64,000 bases of DNA from positions 1,178,001-1,242,000 of the forward strand of contig NC_042998.1 in the NCBI RefSeq assembly GCF_006345805.1. Direction: 5' to 3'. The position numbers and the translations under genes are program-made. The notes below the pieces were generated by a model that saw only the letters and a program-made list of their open reading frames with translations, did not search any database and was not told the DNA's origin. This DNA comes from Octopus sinensis. Lineage: Eukaryota. Positions 50,313 through 64,000 of this stretch are shown here, one piece after another; position 1 is the stretch's first letter, and the number at the start of each line of letters is the position of its first letter.

Positions 50313-51045
50313 GTATTAAAATACTACATTCATTTTAAAGTTTTATGGGATTTACTTTACCTTTAATTAGATTTTTGAAAATTAGTCGGAATTGACTTCG
50401 CCCTTTTATCCTCCCAGGATCGATTAAGTTAACTACATGTCTCCCCGTATAATTGGTTAAATCGATTTTAGAAGGATCGATTCAGTCAACTACAGGTCTC
50501 ATCAATAAAGTTGAAGCATTTTGCCTCTGTTTCGAAGCCATACTTTGTAGAACACTGAACGGTACTCGACTAAGAAGATTTGCTGTCTGCAACAGGAAGA
50601 TTGAAATTTTGATCGAATTTATTTATGATACGTAAAATGAGCGTAAAATGCTGCAATGTTGTTAGAGATTTGCATGCCGAGAACAACAGTTATGTCAAAG
50701 CATGAATAAATGATGTGCTTTTGATACATTATTTCCTATGAATTGCATATTCTAAGAAAACAGGTAAAAAAAGTATAAAATAAAGATGAAAGAAATACAA
50801 ATACAAATCCATTTTATAAATCCATATAATCTTATGTTGTCGATTCGGGTTTCTTCGGTTACACACACAAGATCCGATGTTTTGAAATTGTTCCCTTGGA
50901 TGTAGTTTTTCACCAAAATTACGAAAATCATAATCGTTTCTTGTCGGAACTGAAACTCTGAATGTAAAGACGAACGAAATGCCAAAAAGCATTTTTTCCG
51001 ACGTGCTAACGATTGTAACTGCTTATCACCTTTCTCTGCTGTAAA

Positions 51046-51252
51046 TAATCCTTTCCAATATAGGCACATGGCTTGAAATTCTGGGGTGGAGAAAGCATTA
51101 GTCTATCACATCGACTCTGGCGCTTAACTAGTACTTATTTTATGGAATGAAAGGCAAGGTGGACCTCAACGAAATTGGAACTCAGAACCGGAAGAAATGC
51201 CGCTAAGCGTTTTTGTCCAGCGTGCAAAATATTCTGCCAGCTCACCGCCCTT
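51046..51252 (-). mobile_element. SINE-A
   Basis: Head and A1 tail recognisable. Confidence 0.8.
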
Positions 51253-51334
51253 CTCAGCAGAACACAGCTACGGATGTTAGGAGAGAGTCCTAGCTTTAAT
51301 TCTTTTAACGCAAACACGACTCCATTGCAACTTT

Positions 51335-51464
51335 TCTTTCATCCTTTCGGGGTCGATAAATTAAGTACCAGTTACGCACTGGGGTTGATATAATCGATTT
51401 AATCCTTTTGTCTGTCCTTGTTTGTCCCCTCTATGTTTAGACCCCTGTGAGCAATGAAGAAATA
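51335..51464 (+). mobile_element. SINE-A 3' half, A2 tail
   Basis: tttcatcctttcggggtcgataaattaagtacc...gcaatgaagaaata. Confidence 0.85.
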
Positions 51465-51781
51465 AATATATTTGCTCACGCTGCTTCAATATGTTGCAAT
51501 GGCAGTTCCAACTTTCGCCATGTCGAAAATGGCCGCATCTGTTTGGCTGAAATTCAAAATCTTTACATTTTTAAAGCTTCGTAAAATTCTTTATTTTCAA
51601 CTTTTTCACAAAAATTATGATTTTCGTAATTATTACGGAAACTTACACCCATAACGAAATGTTCAAAAATATAAAATCTGATGTGTGATATTGGTAAGAT
51701 CTGTCGCCCATCTTGTCAGAAACATCAGCCAATATCTCCCTCAAATCGCACACTAATAATATAGACATTATATTCTGTCAT

Positions 51782-51905
51782 CGTCGACCTTGCTTTCACC
51801 TCTTCGAGGTTCATAAAATAAGTACCAGTTGAGCACTGTGGTCGATGTAATTGACTTATTCCTTTCCCGAAATTGTTGGCCTTGTGTCAAAATTTGAAAC
51901 CAATA
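51782..51905 (+). mobile_element. SINE-A 3' half
   Basis: gtcgaccttgctttcacc...ggccttgtgtcaaaatttgaaacc. Confidence 0.75.
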
Positions 51906-53219
51906 ATATAGATGTTATGTAATCTAATGATATGGAACCGCACAGAGAGGACGGGATGGGAATCTATGGAACATGCATGTATTCCCATCCCGCCGTTTTT
52001 CCTGATTGCACGACGGGATGGGAATATAAGCAACAAGCATGTCGACATAGATAAACTGCATGAGTAGCAAATAAGCCCTGCTCAAGTAGATTTTATTCTT
52101 TCATTCTTTTATGCGTTTCCGCCCGAAGGCTTTATCCATGCTGGGGCATGAATAAAGATGTTTTTATAATAAATATTACGCATGTTTGTACCACGATGGT
52201 CTCCTGTGGAAAATAAATAATCGAACCGAGAAGTTGATTCCATTTCCAAGCGGTCATTGCCCCAATTAAAAACACAATCATGAAATACTGTGCGATTGGA
52301 AAACAAGGTCGTAGTGTACAGCATGTCACGGGAAATAGCGCTAAACACAAACACATACACACGCATACACACACACACACACACACACAGATATACGCAC
52401 ACACGCACACACACACACCACACACAGATATACGCACACACGCACACACATACATATACTTACATGCACGCACACCCACATACTTGCACGTACGCACACA
52501 TATACATATAGACACATGCGCACACACACACACACATACATACACGCGTATACACACACACTCATATACATATACATATACACACATGCACACACGGACA
52601 CACGCACACAATACACATGCACACACACACATACATATACACACGCACACGCACAAATTGAAGTCATTTGAACTTGCAATGAACCCGTCACAACTCTGCC
52701 ATTGTATTGACCATTTATATATATTGTTATTTATTTTTGTTTTTCTTTATTGTTCGGTCATTTTTATTGGAAGCCATTGGACAAAATCTTGCTCCTCTCC
52801 TGAGTAAAAACCTAAGTAAAGATGGCAGTTGTGGTGTTGATAGTGGCTGTGGTGTTGCTTATGGTAGTGGGAGTTATGGTAAATGCGGTGGGGAAAAAAA
52901 TTAGCCTTGAAAATTAATGTTGTAACACAAGACCGATTGACAACAACAGCTGTCACCGGAGCTCGTCATCGGTCGAGCTCTTTCAATGTCATCTTTTCTT
53001 TCAGTTATTCTTTATTTGTTTACTTATTTTGGTTCCGTTAAAATTAAATGAGGATGCACCAAGCGAGAAAAGGTCACAAGGACAGATGCGTGCATGCTAA
53101 TGCGTGCATGCTAATGCGTGTGTGAGTGCAGCGACGGATGAGTGAGAGAATTGTAAGTTTGAACGCCAACGAATCTATATTCTTTTTCTTCTTTACTTCT
53201 TAATTTGTTTCTTTTTTTT

Positions 53220-53511
53220 TACTCGTTTCAGCTATCGGACTGCGCCCAGGCTGGGGCACCACCCTGAAGTATTTAGTCGAATAATTCGATCCAGTATTTG
53301 TTTTGTCTTTTTTTTGTTTGTTTTTTTCTTTTAAGTCCATCGGCCTGCTTTGCCGAACAACTAAATTTACGATAACTAACATCCGTGGTCAAGCGTTGGG
53401 AGAGAAACACAAATACATGCACAAACACATATATACATATAGACATATACATAACATACATATACGTACATACATACATATACACATATACAGATACACA
53501 CATATACACAC

Positions 53512-53569
<58 letters not shown>

Positions 53570-53586
53570 CATTTACAGACAAACAA

Positions 53587-53633
<47 letters not shown>

Positions 53634-53634
53634 T

Positions 53635-53711
<77 letters not shown>

Positions 53712-53895
53712 CAGACAGACGGACAGACGGACGGACGGATGGATGGGTGGATGGATGGGCTTCCACAGTTTCTAAAACCAAATTCTCTTGCAGGGCATTG
53801 ATCGGCCTGGGGCTATAGTAGAAATTTGCCCAAAGTGTCGTGCAGTAGTACTGAACCCGAAGCAACGTGGTCGTGAAGCAAAGTTATTAATCACA
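53220..53895 (-). mobile_element. SINE-B with greatly expanded TA/GACA/GATA middle
   Basis: Head at 53760-53895, tail at 53220-53410. Confidence 0.7.
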
Positions 53896-55139
53896 CATGT
53901 CGGAATTCATATAATTGTAGTTGTTATTATTCTTTAGCCGCCCTAGGTCAGCCTTAATCAAAGGGACACAATAATAATAATAATAATAATAATAGTAGTA
54001 GTAATAATAACAATGCTTATCTCTTCCTTTTGTTTGTTTGTTTGTTTGTCTGTTTTTTCTTAGGTTTAATGTACTGAGTGTTATTTGTCCTTCGTTTTTG
54101 AAGATGGCCAAGACTCCACCTTCAATACACCGCAATAAGAGTGGATGCAACTGCACAGGCGTAAGGAAATTCGCAATTGCTGCCGCCTACACTACACCTT
54201 TAACACGATGAAACGATCGAAGTGCGGGGTGGTGGGTTTTATAGTTGTAGACTCAGTTGATACAACGTAACCCAAAACACGGCGTCTGGATATGGCTTAA
54301 AGAAACTTCAGTTCTGAGATGCATTGGATTTCAGTGTGAGAGAGTTGGGCCGGACGACCATCCTTACTTTCTTGTTGGATCAGTAGCATGGCGGCCGAGA
54401 CAACTGAAGGTATATCAAGAATGCAATGAGAGGATCAAGTTGATCGTTGTATTTTACCGTGCATTGACATACGTGTTCTAGTGGCATTGACAGATATCGT
54501 CTTTCCGCACGTTGAAACTTGACCATTGATAGCCTTGGTTTCTTTTCACAATTCGCCGAAAATCTACTTCTCATGCCTTTTAAACATGTCCAACTCTCTT
54601 GAGCTCATACACGTTTTGAAATGCTTTGTTTTTCACCCCAAGGGTTGTTCAATCCTCTTCCCCAATAAGCAATTTTCAGGGTTGCGGTTTAGTCACAGAT
54701 GAGCCTAGTATGTATCATGTACTACGCTATCAAACGTGTCCTCCCGTTTTTAAGATTGTAGTCACCATAATTGTAATTAGCTGCTGTTACTAGCTGATCA
54801 ACTGCCCACATAGACACGAAGGGTCTGTCGTTGGCTTGTGCATAAGTATCTTTATTCATAATGCGTAGGTTTCTCCTTGTTTATATACAAATATAATGTT
54901 TGTATAACAACTAGTAGTGTGCTGAAAAATAATGTATCCATTCCCAAATAGAAAGGCCATTGTGCTTCATAGCAAGCTAATCGCAATGCCCGAGTATTTA
55001 AATCAACAACATTCACATATTATATAGAGATTTGTGGGCAGATATCTATCTGTCTAGCTAGCTAGCTATCTCGTCATCTCTCCCTCTCTCTCAATCTCCC
55101 TCACACTCTGTATGTATGTGTGTGTTTGTATATATATAT

Positions 55140-55281
<142 letters not shown>

Positions 55282-55452
55282 CGATAGATCACTTCCTATC
55301 TTTCACTCTCTCTCATACTGTCTGTATATAGACAGGTAGATGAATAAATAGATAGATTGGCTGATAGGTAGATAGATAGAGAGAGAGAGAGATAGATAGA
55401 TAGACAGACAGACAAATACTTACATACATACATACATACATGCATACATACA

Positions 55453-55486
<34 letters not shown>

Positions 55487-56830
55487 CATACATATATGTG
55501 TGCGTATTTGTGAGTGTGTGTGTCTGTGTGTGTATAACCAGTTATTTATCTATCTTTCTGTCCATGTCTATCTTCACTATTACAGACATCTTGACATCCC
55601 ATACACGAACGCAGCACTCACATTGATATACACACTCACGCACGCACACGCGCGCGCATGCGCAGATACGTGTCTATAAGGTATGTTTATGCGAAATTAA
55701 CTCACTGATCCTCTAAACTAGTGTCTATCCCAGACGGCGCACAACTTCCTGTAACTTGTCTCGAGTTGTGTGAGAGCAGCTTCAAGAGCTGGTATTTATA
55801 TCACAAGTCCACCTTAGACATACAGATAAAAGAAATAGCGCAGCAGTTTTAAACCACATATATCACTTGAGCGATCACAACATGAACAACTGTAATATCA
55901 GCCGCATTTATTTCCTTTCAATAAGTACACACCCTGATTAGATTTCTCTGGCTTCTGTATCGGTGAAAATATTTTGGTCTCGCTAGAATAACTGACAGCA
56001 TATACGACAGATCGGAGTTAACTTCAAAGTGCCGCCATGAACGACAGTTCATCTATTCGAACCCAAAAGAAATATGGAGCCAGATTAAACGAATGCTAAC
56101 ACCCCAAATATCAGAAGTCAGTCCTTGGATCACCATCTAGTAACAAAAGTGACTGACATGAAAGCTTCATTAAGGCGATGTGTGTGTGTTTAACTCTCCA
56201 TATCTATGAGCCAGTATATCAGATTAAACTAGACCTACCCACGGAAATTCTACCTAACTTATTCATTTTCACAACGAAATCATGATAAGGAATATAATTT
56301 TTAAATGACACAAGCAAAGTATACATAGAACAATGTTATCAACTAATCCTATTACTACCTACAAAAAACATTGACAACACAAGTTTAGCAACAATGAGCC
56401 AAACGTTACCAACACAGCCGTCAGCGCAAGTAACCAAACAACAACCAACATCATTAATCCAATAATACAACACAAACATCACTTCTAACATTACTTCGAG
56501 CTGCAATAAACAAGCAAACGAATTCCAAAGTGTGACAGTTGCTTTTTGATTGTTGAAATTTACAAAAGGTATGTCCCAGTTCAGTCTCATACTTTAAATC
56601 ACACACGATTTTCAAAAAACGAATTTTAGAGAAATATAAAAAATATTTTTCGCTGTCGTCTTATAGCGCTACAAAAATCACCACCACCACCACCACCACG
56701 GAGAATATGACTTTTTCATTTTCCCTGTGAAAATCTCTATAAAATCTAAGGATACATGTAAGCAATTTATTATCATATTGTAGTTCACATTTCTTAATTC
56801 GAATATCTGTTAATATATCCAGGTACTTGT

Positions 56831-56957
56831 AAGGCGGAGAGCTGGCGGAATAATTACCACGATGGACAAAATGCTTAGCGGCACTTCGTCCGTCTTAACG
56901 TTCAAAAGCAGACTGGAGTCGGCTTTACCGTTAACCCTTTCGGGGTCGATGAGATAA
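56831..56957 (+). mobile_element. SINE-A 5' part, diverged
   Basis: aaggcggagagctggcggaa...cggggtcgat. Confidence 0.65.
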
Positions 56958-57251
56958 TTTTCATAGTTTCCATTTAATTATAATGAGGCATATTAAAGGC
57001 GAATTTTTTTAGAACGGCTAACAAAATATCTCTGGGTATGTATTCTGGGTTTTATGTCCTTTTGCCTTTCATTCCTCCGGGGACAATAATCGACTAACCC
57101 CTTCCTATCAAAAAGTGCTGCCTTTGAGGCTGAAGTGAAGGCAATTATAATCAGGCACACCAATATTTATGTCATTCATGACCTACACTTATTTAAGTAT
57201 ATATTTCAAATTTTACACCGCAGCACATGGGTTTTCAAATTATATATATAT

Positions 57252-57865
57252 AATTAGAAAGAACCACCTTTCATCAATTCAAAATTAAATTACAACATCT
57301 AGAAAATTACATATAATAGAAATATCAAACTAACAATAAAATACCAGCAAAAAATAATAAAAACGTGTATAATTATATAGTTAGCTTATTTAATGAGTTT
57401 GTCTATATTTGAACTATTTCTTATTTTGATTACAATTTAATGACTTGTACTGGCATTGTGTATATTAATTAATTTTAAGGTATTTAATAATTTAAGTATT
57501 GTTTTAGTTTTCACTTAATGTATATTTAGTATGTTATATATACATATATATATATTAAAGTATATTTATCAATTAATTATTTTATTATTCTAGTTTACTT
57601 TTAACCTGATGAGTGGCTATATTTATATCGAAGTGATTTTACTACTACTATTATTTTTTTTACTATAATCATTTCTTAAATATAGCCACAACACACGTGT
57701 CGTTATTCTACCAATTATATACGTTTTAATGATCTTTTTGCAATTTACTTAATCATTGGTATTTTATTGTTATTTTAATTTTAATTTTAATATTTCTATT
57801 ATATGTAAGTTTCTAGATGGTGTAATTTAATTGGTCATTTTGAATTGATAAAAGGTGGTTCTTTC

Positions 57866-57870
<5 letters not shown>
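57252..57870 (+). mobile_element. Penelope-LTR-like unit with inverted partial copy, in (TA)n
   Basis: Diverged IR, about 57252-57375 versus 57711-57870 (aattagaaagaaccacc...); HHR motif just upstream of the right arm. Confidence 0.6.
57602..57705 (+). ncRNA. Hammerhead motif with mutated GAAA
   Basis: taac-CTGATGA; perfect 13-bp stem II gtggctatattta/taaatatagccac; AACA instead of GAAA; CACGTG; GUC; gtta. Confidence 0.6.
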
Positions 57871-57904
<34 letters not shown>

Positions 57905-57909
<5 letters not shown>

Positions 57910-57982
57910 TGTGTGAAATTTGATTAGTATTTCTAAATTGAATTTCTTCCCTGTAAGTCAGGATTAATATTCCCTAAAATAA

Positions 57983-57990
<8 letters not shown>
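57905..57990 (-). repeat. Diverged relative of the 34170 repeat
   Basis: ttagggaata...acttacagggaa; TA arrays on both sides. Confidence 0.5.
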
Positions 57991-58031
<41 letters not shown>

Positions 58032-58044
58032 TATATATATTGCT

Positions 58045-58275
58045 CTGTGTGTGTGTATGTGTCTTTGTGTTTGTGTTTGTCCCTCACTACTGCTTGACAA
58101 CCGGCGTTGGTGTGTTCGCGTCCCCGTAACTTAGCGATTCGGCAAAAAAGACCGATAGAATAAGTACTACGATTTAAAAAATCCCGGGGTCGATTTATTC
58201 GACTGAAACTTTTCAAGGTGGTGCACCAGCATGGCCTCCATCAAATGACTGAAACAAATGAAAGATAAACGATAA
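58045..58275 (+). mobile_element. SINE-B 3' half
   Basis: gcttgacaaccggcgttggtgtg...aaatgactgaaac. Confidence 0.8.
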
Positions 58276-58484
58276 AACATACACTGCAGGGACGTTTGTT
58301 TCACTCACTAATAGATCCAATCATTGTAACTATGATGTGCTTCTTCAGAGCATATCAGGTGTTTAGATTTTTTTATTACAAGCAAAACAATAATTCCTTT
58401 TAACTGAAAATGGAAAACAAATTTTCAGAACAGGATAAAATATTTACCGGCGTTAATTTTTGCTATTTTTCTGGTTTAGCATTT

Positions 58485-58895
58485 GTAGCTGAGTGGTAAG
58501 AAGCTTGTTTACCAACAACATGGTTCCAGGTTCAGTCTCACTGCGTGGCACTTTGGGTAAGTGTCTTCTACTATAGCTTCGGGGTGACTAAAGCCTTGTG
58601 AGTAGATTTGGTCGACGGAAACTGAAAGAAGCCCGTCGTATGTATGTATGTGTGTGTGTGTGTGTGTTTGTGTGTGTGTGCGTGTATCTGTCTGTCCCCC
58701 CATCATCGCGTGACAATCGGCCTTGGTGTAGTTATGTCCCCGTAACTTACTGGTTCGGCAAAAAAGACCGGCAGAATAAGTGATAGGCTTTAAAACATAA
58801 GTCCTGGGGTCGATTTGGTCGTCTAAAATCCCTTCAAAGCGGTGCTCCAGCATAGCCGCAGTCGAATGACTAAAATAAGTAAAAGAATAAGAATA
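58485..58895 (+). mobile_element. SINE-B, full length
   Basis: gtggtaagaagcttg...gcggtgctccagcatagccgcagtcgaatgac. Confidence 0.85.
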
Positions 58896-59195
58896 AAAGA
58901 AAGAATATAAAAGAATGCAAAAGAAATCGGCTGCTCTTATATCATGTGACGCACCCACTCCCACGACCACTCCTTATGTCGTCAGCTACTACATAGGGGC
59001 CACATAGAAATATTCTGGAATCCAGGAAACTCATCAAAAATTATAAAGTCTACTCTTTTATTGTTTGAAAAAAGGGTGCCATAAAATGGAAAAGTTGCTT
59101 AATTAGTCTTAGTAACATCAGGTATTATCTACACTACACAATTCCCCGAATTTCTACAAAAATCAAAGTTCGTTTTTGTACATTACTAATATATT

Positions 59196-60118
<923 letters not shown>

Positions 60119-60124
60119 ATATAT

Positions 60125-60330
60125 ATAGTTAATCCAAACAAGAAAACACAAAACAAAACAAAAAAAAACACAGCAACGCGAGGACGTGGAACAAATAAAG
60201 TATTATTGGAAGCTCAGGAAAGAAGGAAAGAAGGAGGGTTTAACGTTTCGAGCGGAGCTCTTCGTCGGAAACATAGGAGAAGGAAAGATTCCGAGAAGGA
60301 AAGACAGAGGAAAAAAAATCGGCAGTGGTA
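60125..60330 (-). mobile_element. Penelope-LTR-like short repeat in (TA)n
   Basis: Homologous to 48431-48620; may extend to about 60720. Confidence 0.6.
60238..60272 (-). ncRNA. 35-nt minimal hammerhead motif (U4 changed to C)
   Basis: gttt-CCGACGA-a-GAGC-tcc-GCTC-GAAACGTT-aaac; same family as 48536. Confidence 0.55.
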
Positions 60331-61124
60331 CTACACATATATATATGTGTGTGTGTGTATGTGTGTGTGTGTGTGTGTACGTGTGTGTGTGTGTGTGTGT
60401 GTATAAAATACAAAGTGGGACAAGAACGCAAAACATCCGGACAGTTAGGTGATACAAAAATGGCACAACAAATCCAGTTGGACAATACAAAGAAAACAAG
60501 GACGGGTCATTCGAAGTTCTCTTTCTGCAGTCGAGTACCAGATTGTCTTCGCAATTTCGGCTGATTATAATCAAAAATGTTAGATTTAGGAGGACACATG
60601 AGCAAATACAAAAGTAATATCGCAATAAAGGTAAAGAAAGAAAAAATATCATAACCTTACTTACGTGATAGTAGTAGTCAAATAAAAATGAAAATAAGAT
60701 AATAGTGAAGGTTAGTTTTACCAAATAATAGTTGATCTTACGTTTTGAGTCGTTGGATTTTTATGAATGTTTTATTCCCTTTTCCTTATATCAAAAAAGG
60801 ATGAATTTCTGCTATTGCATGAGGCTGCTCGCGATTACGCGCCAAGTGCATCTGGCGCTCTCGCAAACCGCTCTGGAGATGGGTTTTCGCTCCTCCAATA
60901 TTTATTGCGTTTTTAACACAGCAAGTTCACAAGTGTTGCTATCTCAGGACAAATAATGAAGCAGCTGGGTTATTGAGAGTGTATATACATTTTATATACT
61001 GTTTATATTATATTATACGCACACATGTGCACAGTATGTATATATGTATGTATCTGTATATTTAATTTCAAATCCTAACGGGCACGATAAGAACCAGTAA
61101 TCCGATATAAGCAGGTATTATTTC

Positions 61125-61178
61125 AAGGTGCCCCAGCATGGCCGTAGTCGAATGACTACGGCCATGCTGGGGCACCTT
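61125..61178. repeat. Perfect 25-bp hairpin made of SINE-B tail sequence
   Basis: aaggtgccccagcatggccgtagtc-gaat-exact reverse complement. Confidence 0.9.
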
Positions 61179-61490
61179 AAAGAGTGTCAAATAAAGCGAC
61201 ACCAGTACTTACATTTTAAAGTCTAGTAATTATTATTATCTGTCTCTTTCGCTACACTGCTAAGGTACGAGAATGTAAAGAGGCCAGTACTATTGGTCAT
61301 ACGGTAGAGAGGAAAACCACAGACACACACACACGACGGACTTCCCGAGAGTTTCCATCTGCCAAATTCACTCACAAAGCACTTGTTGGACCGAGGCTGC
61401 CATTAAAAAGAAGAAAAAACAAACACTGGCGCAATATGAAGTGGGATTGAAACCGAAACCTCATGGTTATAAAGCTCGCTCCGTAGCCGA
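61154..61490 (-). mobile_element. Old SINE-B
   Basis: Diverged head and body; its tail forms the right arm of the 61125 hairpin. Confidence 0.6.
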
Positions 61491-61936
61491 CATATCTATT
61501 TCTCCTTTCTTACGCAGGGGAGCATATTCGTCATTTCGTTCGTGATGCTTTTGATGTCGTTCCAGTTTTATGTAGTTATTTAGTGTTTATTTTTAAACTC
61601 CTTGAATCACTTAATCTGGGTTCAGGTTCACATTGGGCGTATTTAAAACCAAAATAGTCGCAACTACTTTAAAGCATCCTCATAAACATTAACAGAAACA
61701 ATTTGCTCTTGCTAAAGACAATGACTCTGACCCTATACTTCCGTTTGAGTGTGTTGAATGACAGGGGCGGGGAAAATGACGTTAGGCATGAAAAGAAAGC
61801 TTTCTGCCTCCAACTGGGAATACAAATTTGATGACAATTTACTTGCTTGGCTAACAAAGCCGACTGCTTAATATAATAACAGTTCATTATATCTAATGCA
61901 ATAATCAGTGAAGGATAAAAGAAAAAAATACAGATG

Positions 61937-62243
61937 AGCGCAGGCGTAGCTACGTGATAAGAAGCTTGCTTCCCAACCATATGGTTCCCGGTTCAGTCCC
62001 ACTACGTGACACATTGCTCAAGTGTCTTCTACTATAACCGTGAGCCGAAGAAAGCCTTGTGGGTCGAAACTGAAATGTGTGCTTACCAACCACATGGTTC
62101 CGGGTTCATACGTGGAACCTTGGGCAAGTGTCTTCTACTATAGCCTCAGGCCGACCAAAGCCTTGTGAGTGGATTTGATACACGGAAACTGAAAGAAGCC
62201 CGTCGTATATATGTGTATATATATATATATATATGTGTGTGTG

Positions 62244-62274
<31 letters not shown>

Positions 62275-62505
62275 TGTGTGTGTGTGTGTGTGTGCATGTG
62301 TGTGTGTGTTTGTGTGTCTGTATTTGTCCCCCACCATGGCTTGATGGGGGTGTGTTTACGTCCCCGTAATCTAGCGGTTCGACAAAAGATACCGATAGAA
62401 TAAGTACTAGGCTTCCAAAGAATAAGTCATGGGGTCGATTTGCTCGACTAAAGGCGGTGCCCCAGCACGGCCGCAATCAAATGACCGAAACAAATAAAAG
62501 TAAAA
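61937..62505 (+). mobile_element. SINE-B with two tandem heads
   Basis: Older head at 61937-62075, then a second head from about 62081 continuing to the tail. Confidence 0.85.
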
Positions 62506-62516
62506 GTACACACGCT

Positions 62517-62609
<93 letters not shown>

Positions 62610-62610
62610 T

Positions 62611-62640
<30 letters not shown>

Positions 62641-62648
<8 letters not shown>

Positions 62649-62730
62649 CAAATTAGAGACAAAACCACTATTATTCAAATCTGATTTTTCCTTGTAAATT
62701 TGGATTTATTCCCTAATATTTATTATTATA
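62641..62730 (-). repeat. Internally deleted copy of the 34170 repeat
   Basis: aaatattagggaata...aaaatcagattt fused to ataatagtggttttgtctctaattt. Confidence 0.7.
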
Positions 62731-63190
62731 TATATATATATATATATATATATTAATAACACCTTTTCCACATAGCAAAGTGAATGGATCTTTGGTCAGG
62801 AGGAACTGATGTTATCAGACGGCACCTAACGTTCAGCCGTCGTTTCGACCCTGAACCGTAACGCTCTCCTGCTGCTGCTGGATCAGGACAAGTCACCAAA
62901 TCACTATTCCTCAACTCCTTCTGGTTTCCAGCGTAACTCTTCTCTGTTGCTCCAAAGCCAACAAGAGGCTGCCTCTCGCATCCTGCACACACCCACCGTT
63001 CGATCCTTTTCTCACATAGCAACGGCTGTAAGCATCCTCCATGCCGACTGGGCAATGATCACTCCCCCACCCCTACAACCAACTTCATAATTGCCATCCC
63101 ATCTCCCTGCACGCTTCAATTCGTCAGCTTCGTTACATCCCTCTTCCAATGGGACTATGAGCTCAATTTAGATAATTTTGTATACGTATG

Positions 63191-63251
<61 letters not shown>

Positions 63252-64000
63252 TTACACACACATGCATTGCCTGTGCTCTTAGTATTCTACATCTTTATGA
63301 GAGGATCTCTCAAGGCGAATACCACAGTATATGGCGTTCTAACTCATCTTTGGTAAGTAGGATATAACGATTGTCATTCAGTATTAATAGTGCTTGTGTC
63401 ACTTATATATATATATATATGTGTGTGTGTGTATGTGTTTGCATGTATGTACAAACACACACATGCACACACGAGCACACACACACATACAAGCACACGC
63501 AGCCACACAGTCCTTTGGGTGTCATTAGTAATTGAGTATAAGTTGGTCGCAAAGAAAGATATTTTTGGCAAATATTCTGAAGAGCCTCTTCTCGAAGGGA
63601 GCTTTGCTTTTTTCGTGGTGACTGTAGGCCAAAGCTACAGGCACAACCCTAAGCGCAAATATTGGAATATACATAAATGTTACTCTGCTCTCTTTCTCTC
63701 TCTCTCTCTCACTCTCTCTCTCTCTCTCTGTCTTAGCACAAACATATTGCGTGCGTGTGAGTATGTATAAATACAGAGACACACACTCACACACATATAT
63801 ACACACACATACACACACATACATATATACACACACATACATAAACATAAACACATGTATACATACACGTGCACACACACATACACACAAATATTTATAT
63901 GTATGTACGTATATATACATATATATGTATATATGCACTTGTATATACGCATATACATATACATATGCATGTATATATAGAGAGAAAGATAGATAGATGC

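Noticed and set aside
50918-51631. 18-bp inverted match aattacgaaaatcataat as transposon ends
   Set aside because: Element boundaries and TSD could not be defined.
52109-52333. Open minus-strand frames after a TG repeat as an exon
   Set aside because: Two frames are open, no recognisable protein, no clear donor.
56020-56095. Tc1/IS630-like motif NPKEIWSQIKR
   Set aside because: Single short motif with no TIRs or other domains.

Overview
Repeat-saturated, microsatellite-rich eukaryotic DNA. The SINE families and (TA)n/(TATC)n/(TATG)n/(TAA)n density suggest an octopus (inference). Almost all ORFs in the supplied track are translations of simple repeats. No host gene is confidently identified; there is one plausible minus-strand exon (9626-9719). 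Recognisable content: about 35 tRNA-derived SINE copies in three families (A, B, C here); a 5'-truncated Tx1/L1-type LINE (38238-41724) inside (TCTA)n; an RTE LINE fragment; five R4/Dong-type (RLE) LINE 3' fragments stacked in (TAA)n/(TTG)n tracts; mariner, maT, hAT and Helitron derivatives; and several short Penelope-LTR-like units in (TA)n carrying minimal hammerhead ribozyme (HHR) motifs, often as inverted repeats. Top observations: (1) two HHRs with intact cores in a 204-bp inverted repeat at 32.2-32.7 kb, plus a second copy of that family at 25.9 kb whose arm begins exactly at the predicted self-cleavage site; (2) a SINE-A subfamily whose last 44 nt align without gaps to the 3' terminus of the Tx1 LINE; (3) apparent (TCTA)n targeting by that Tx1, whose ORF2 is broken only by single-base deletions. 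All alignments and counts were done by eye.
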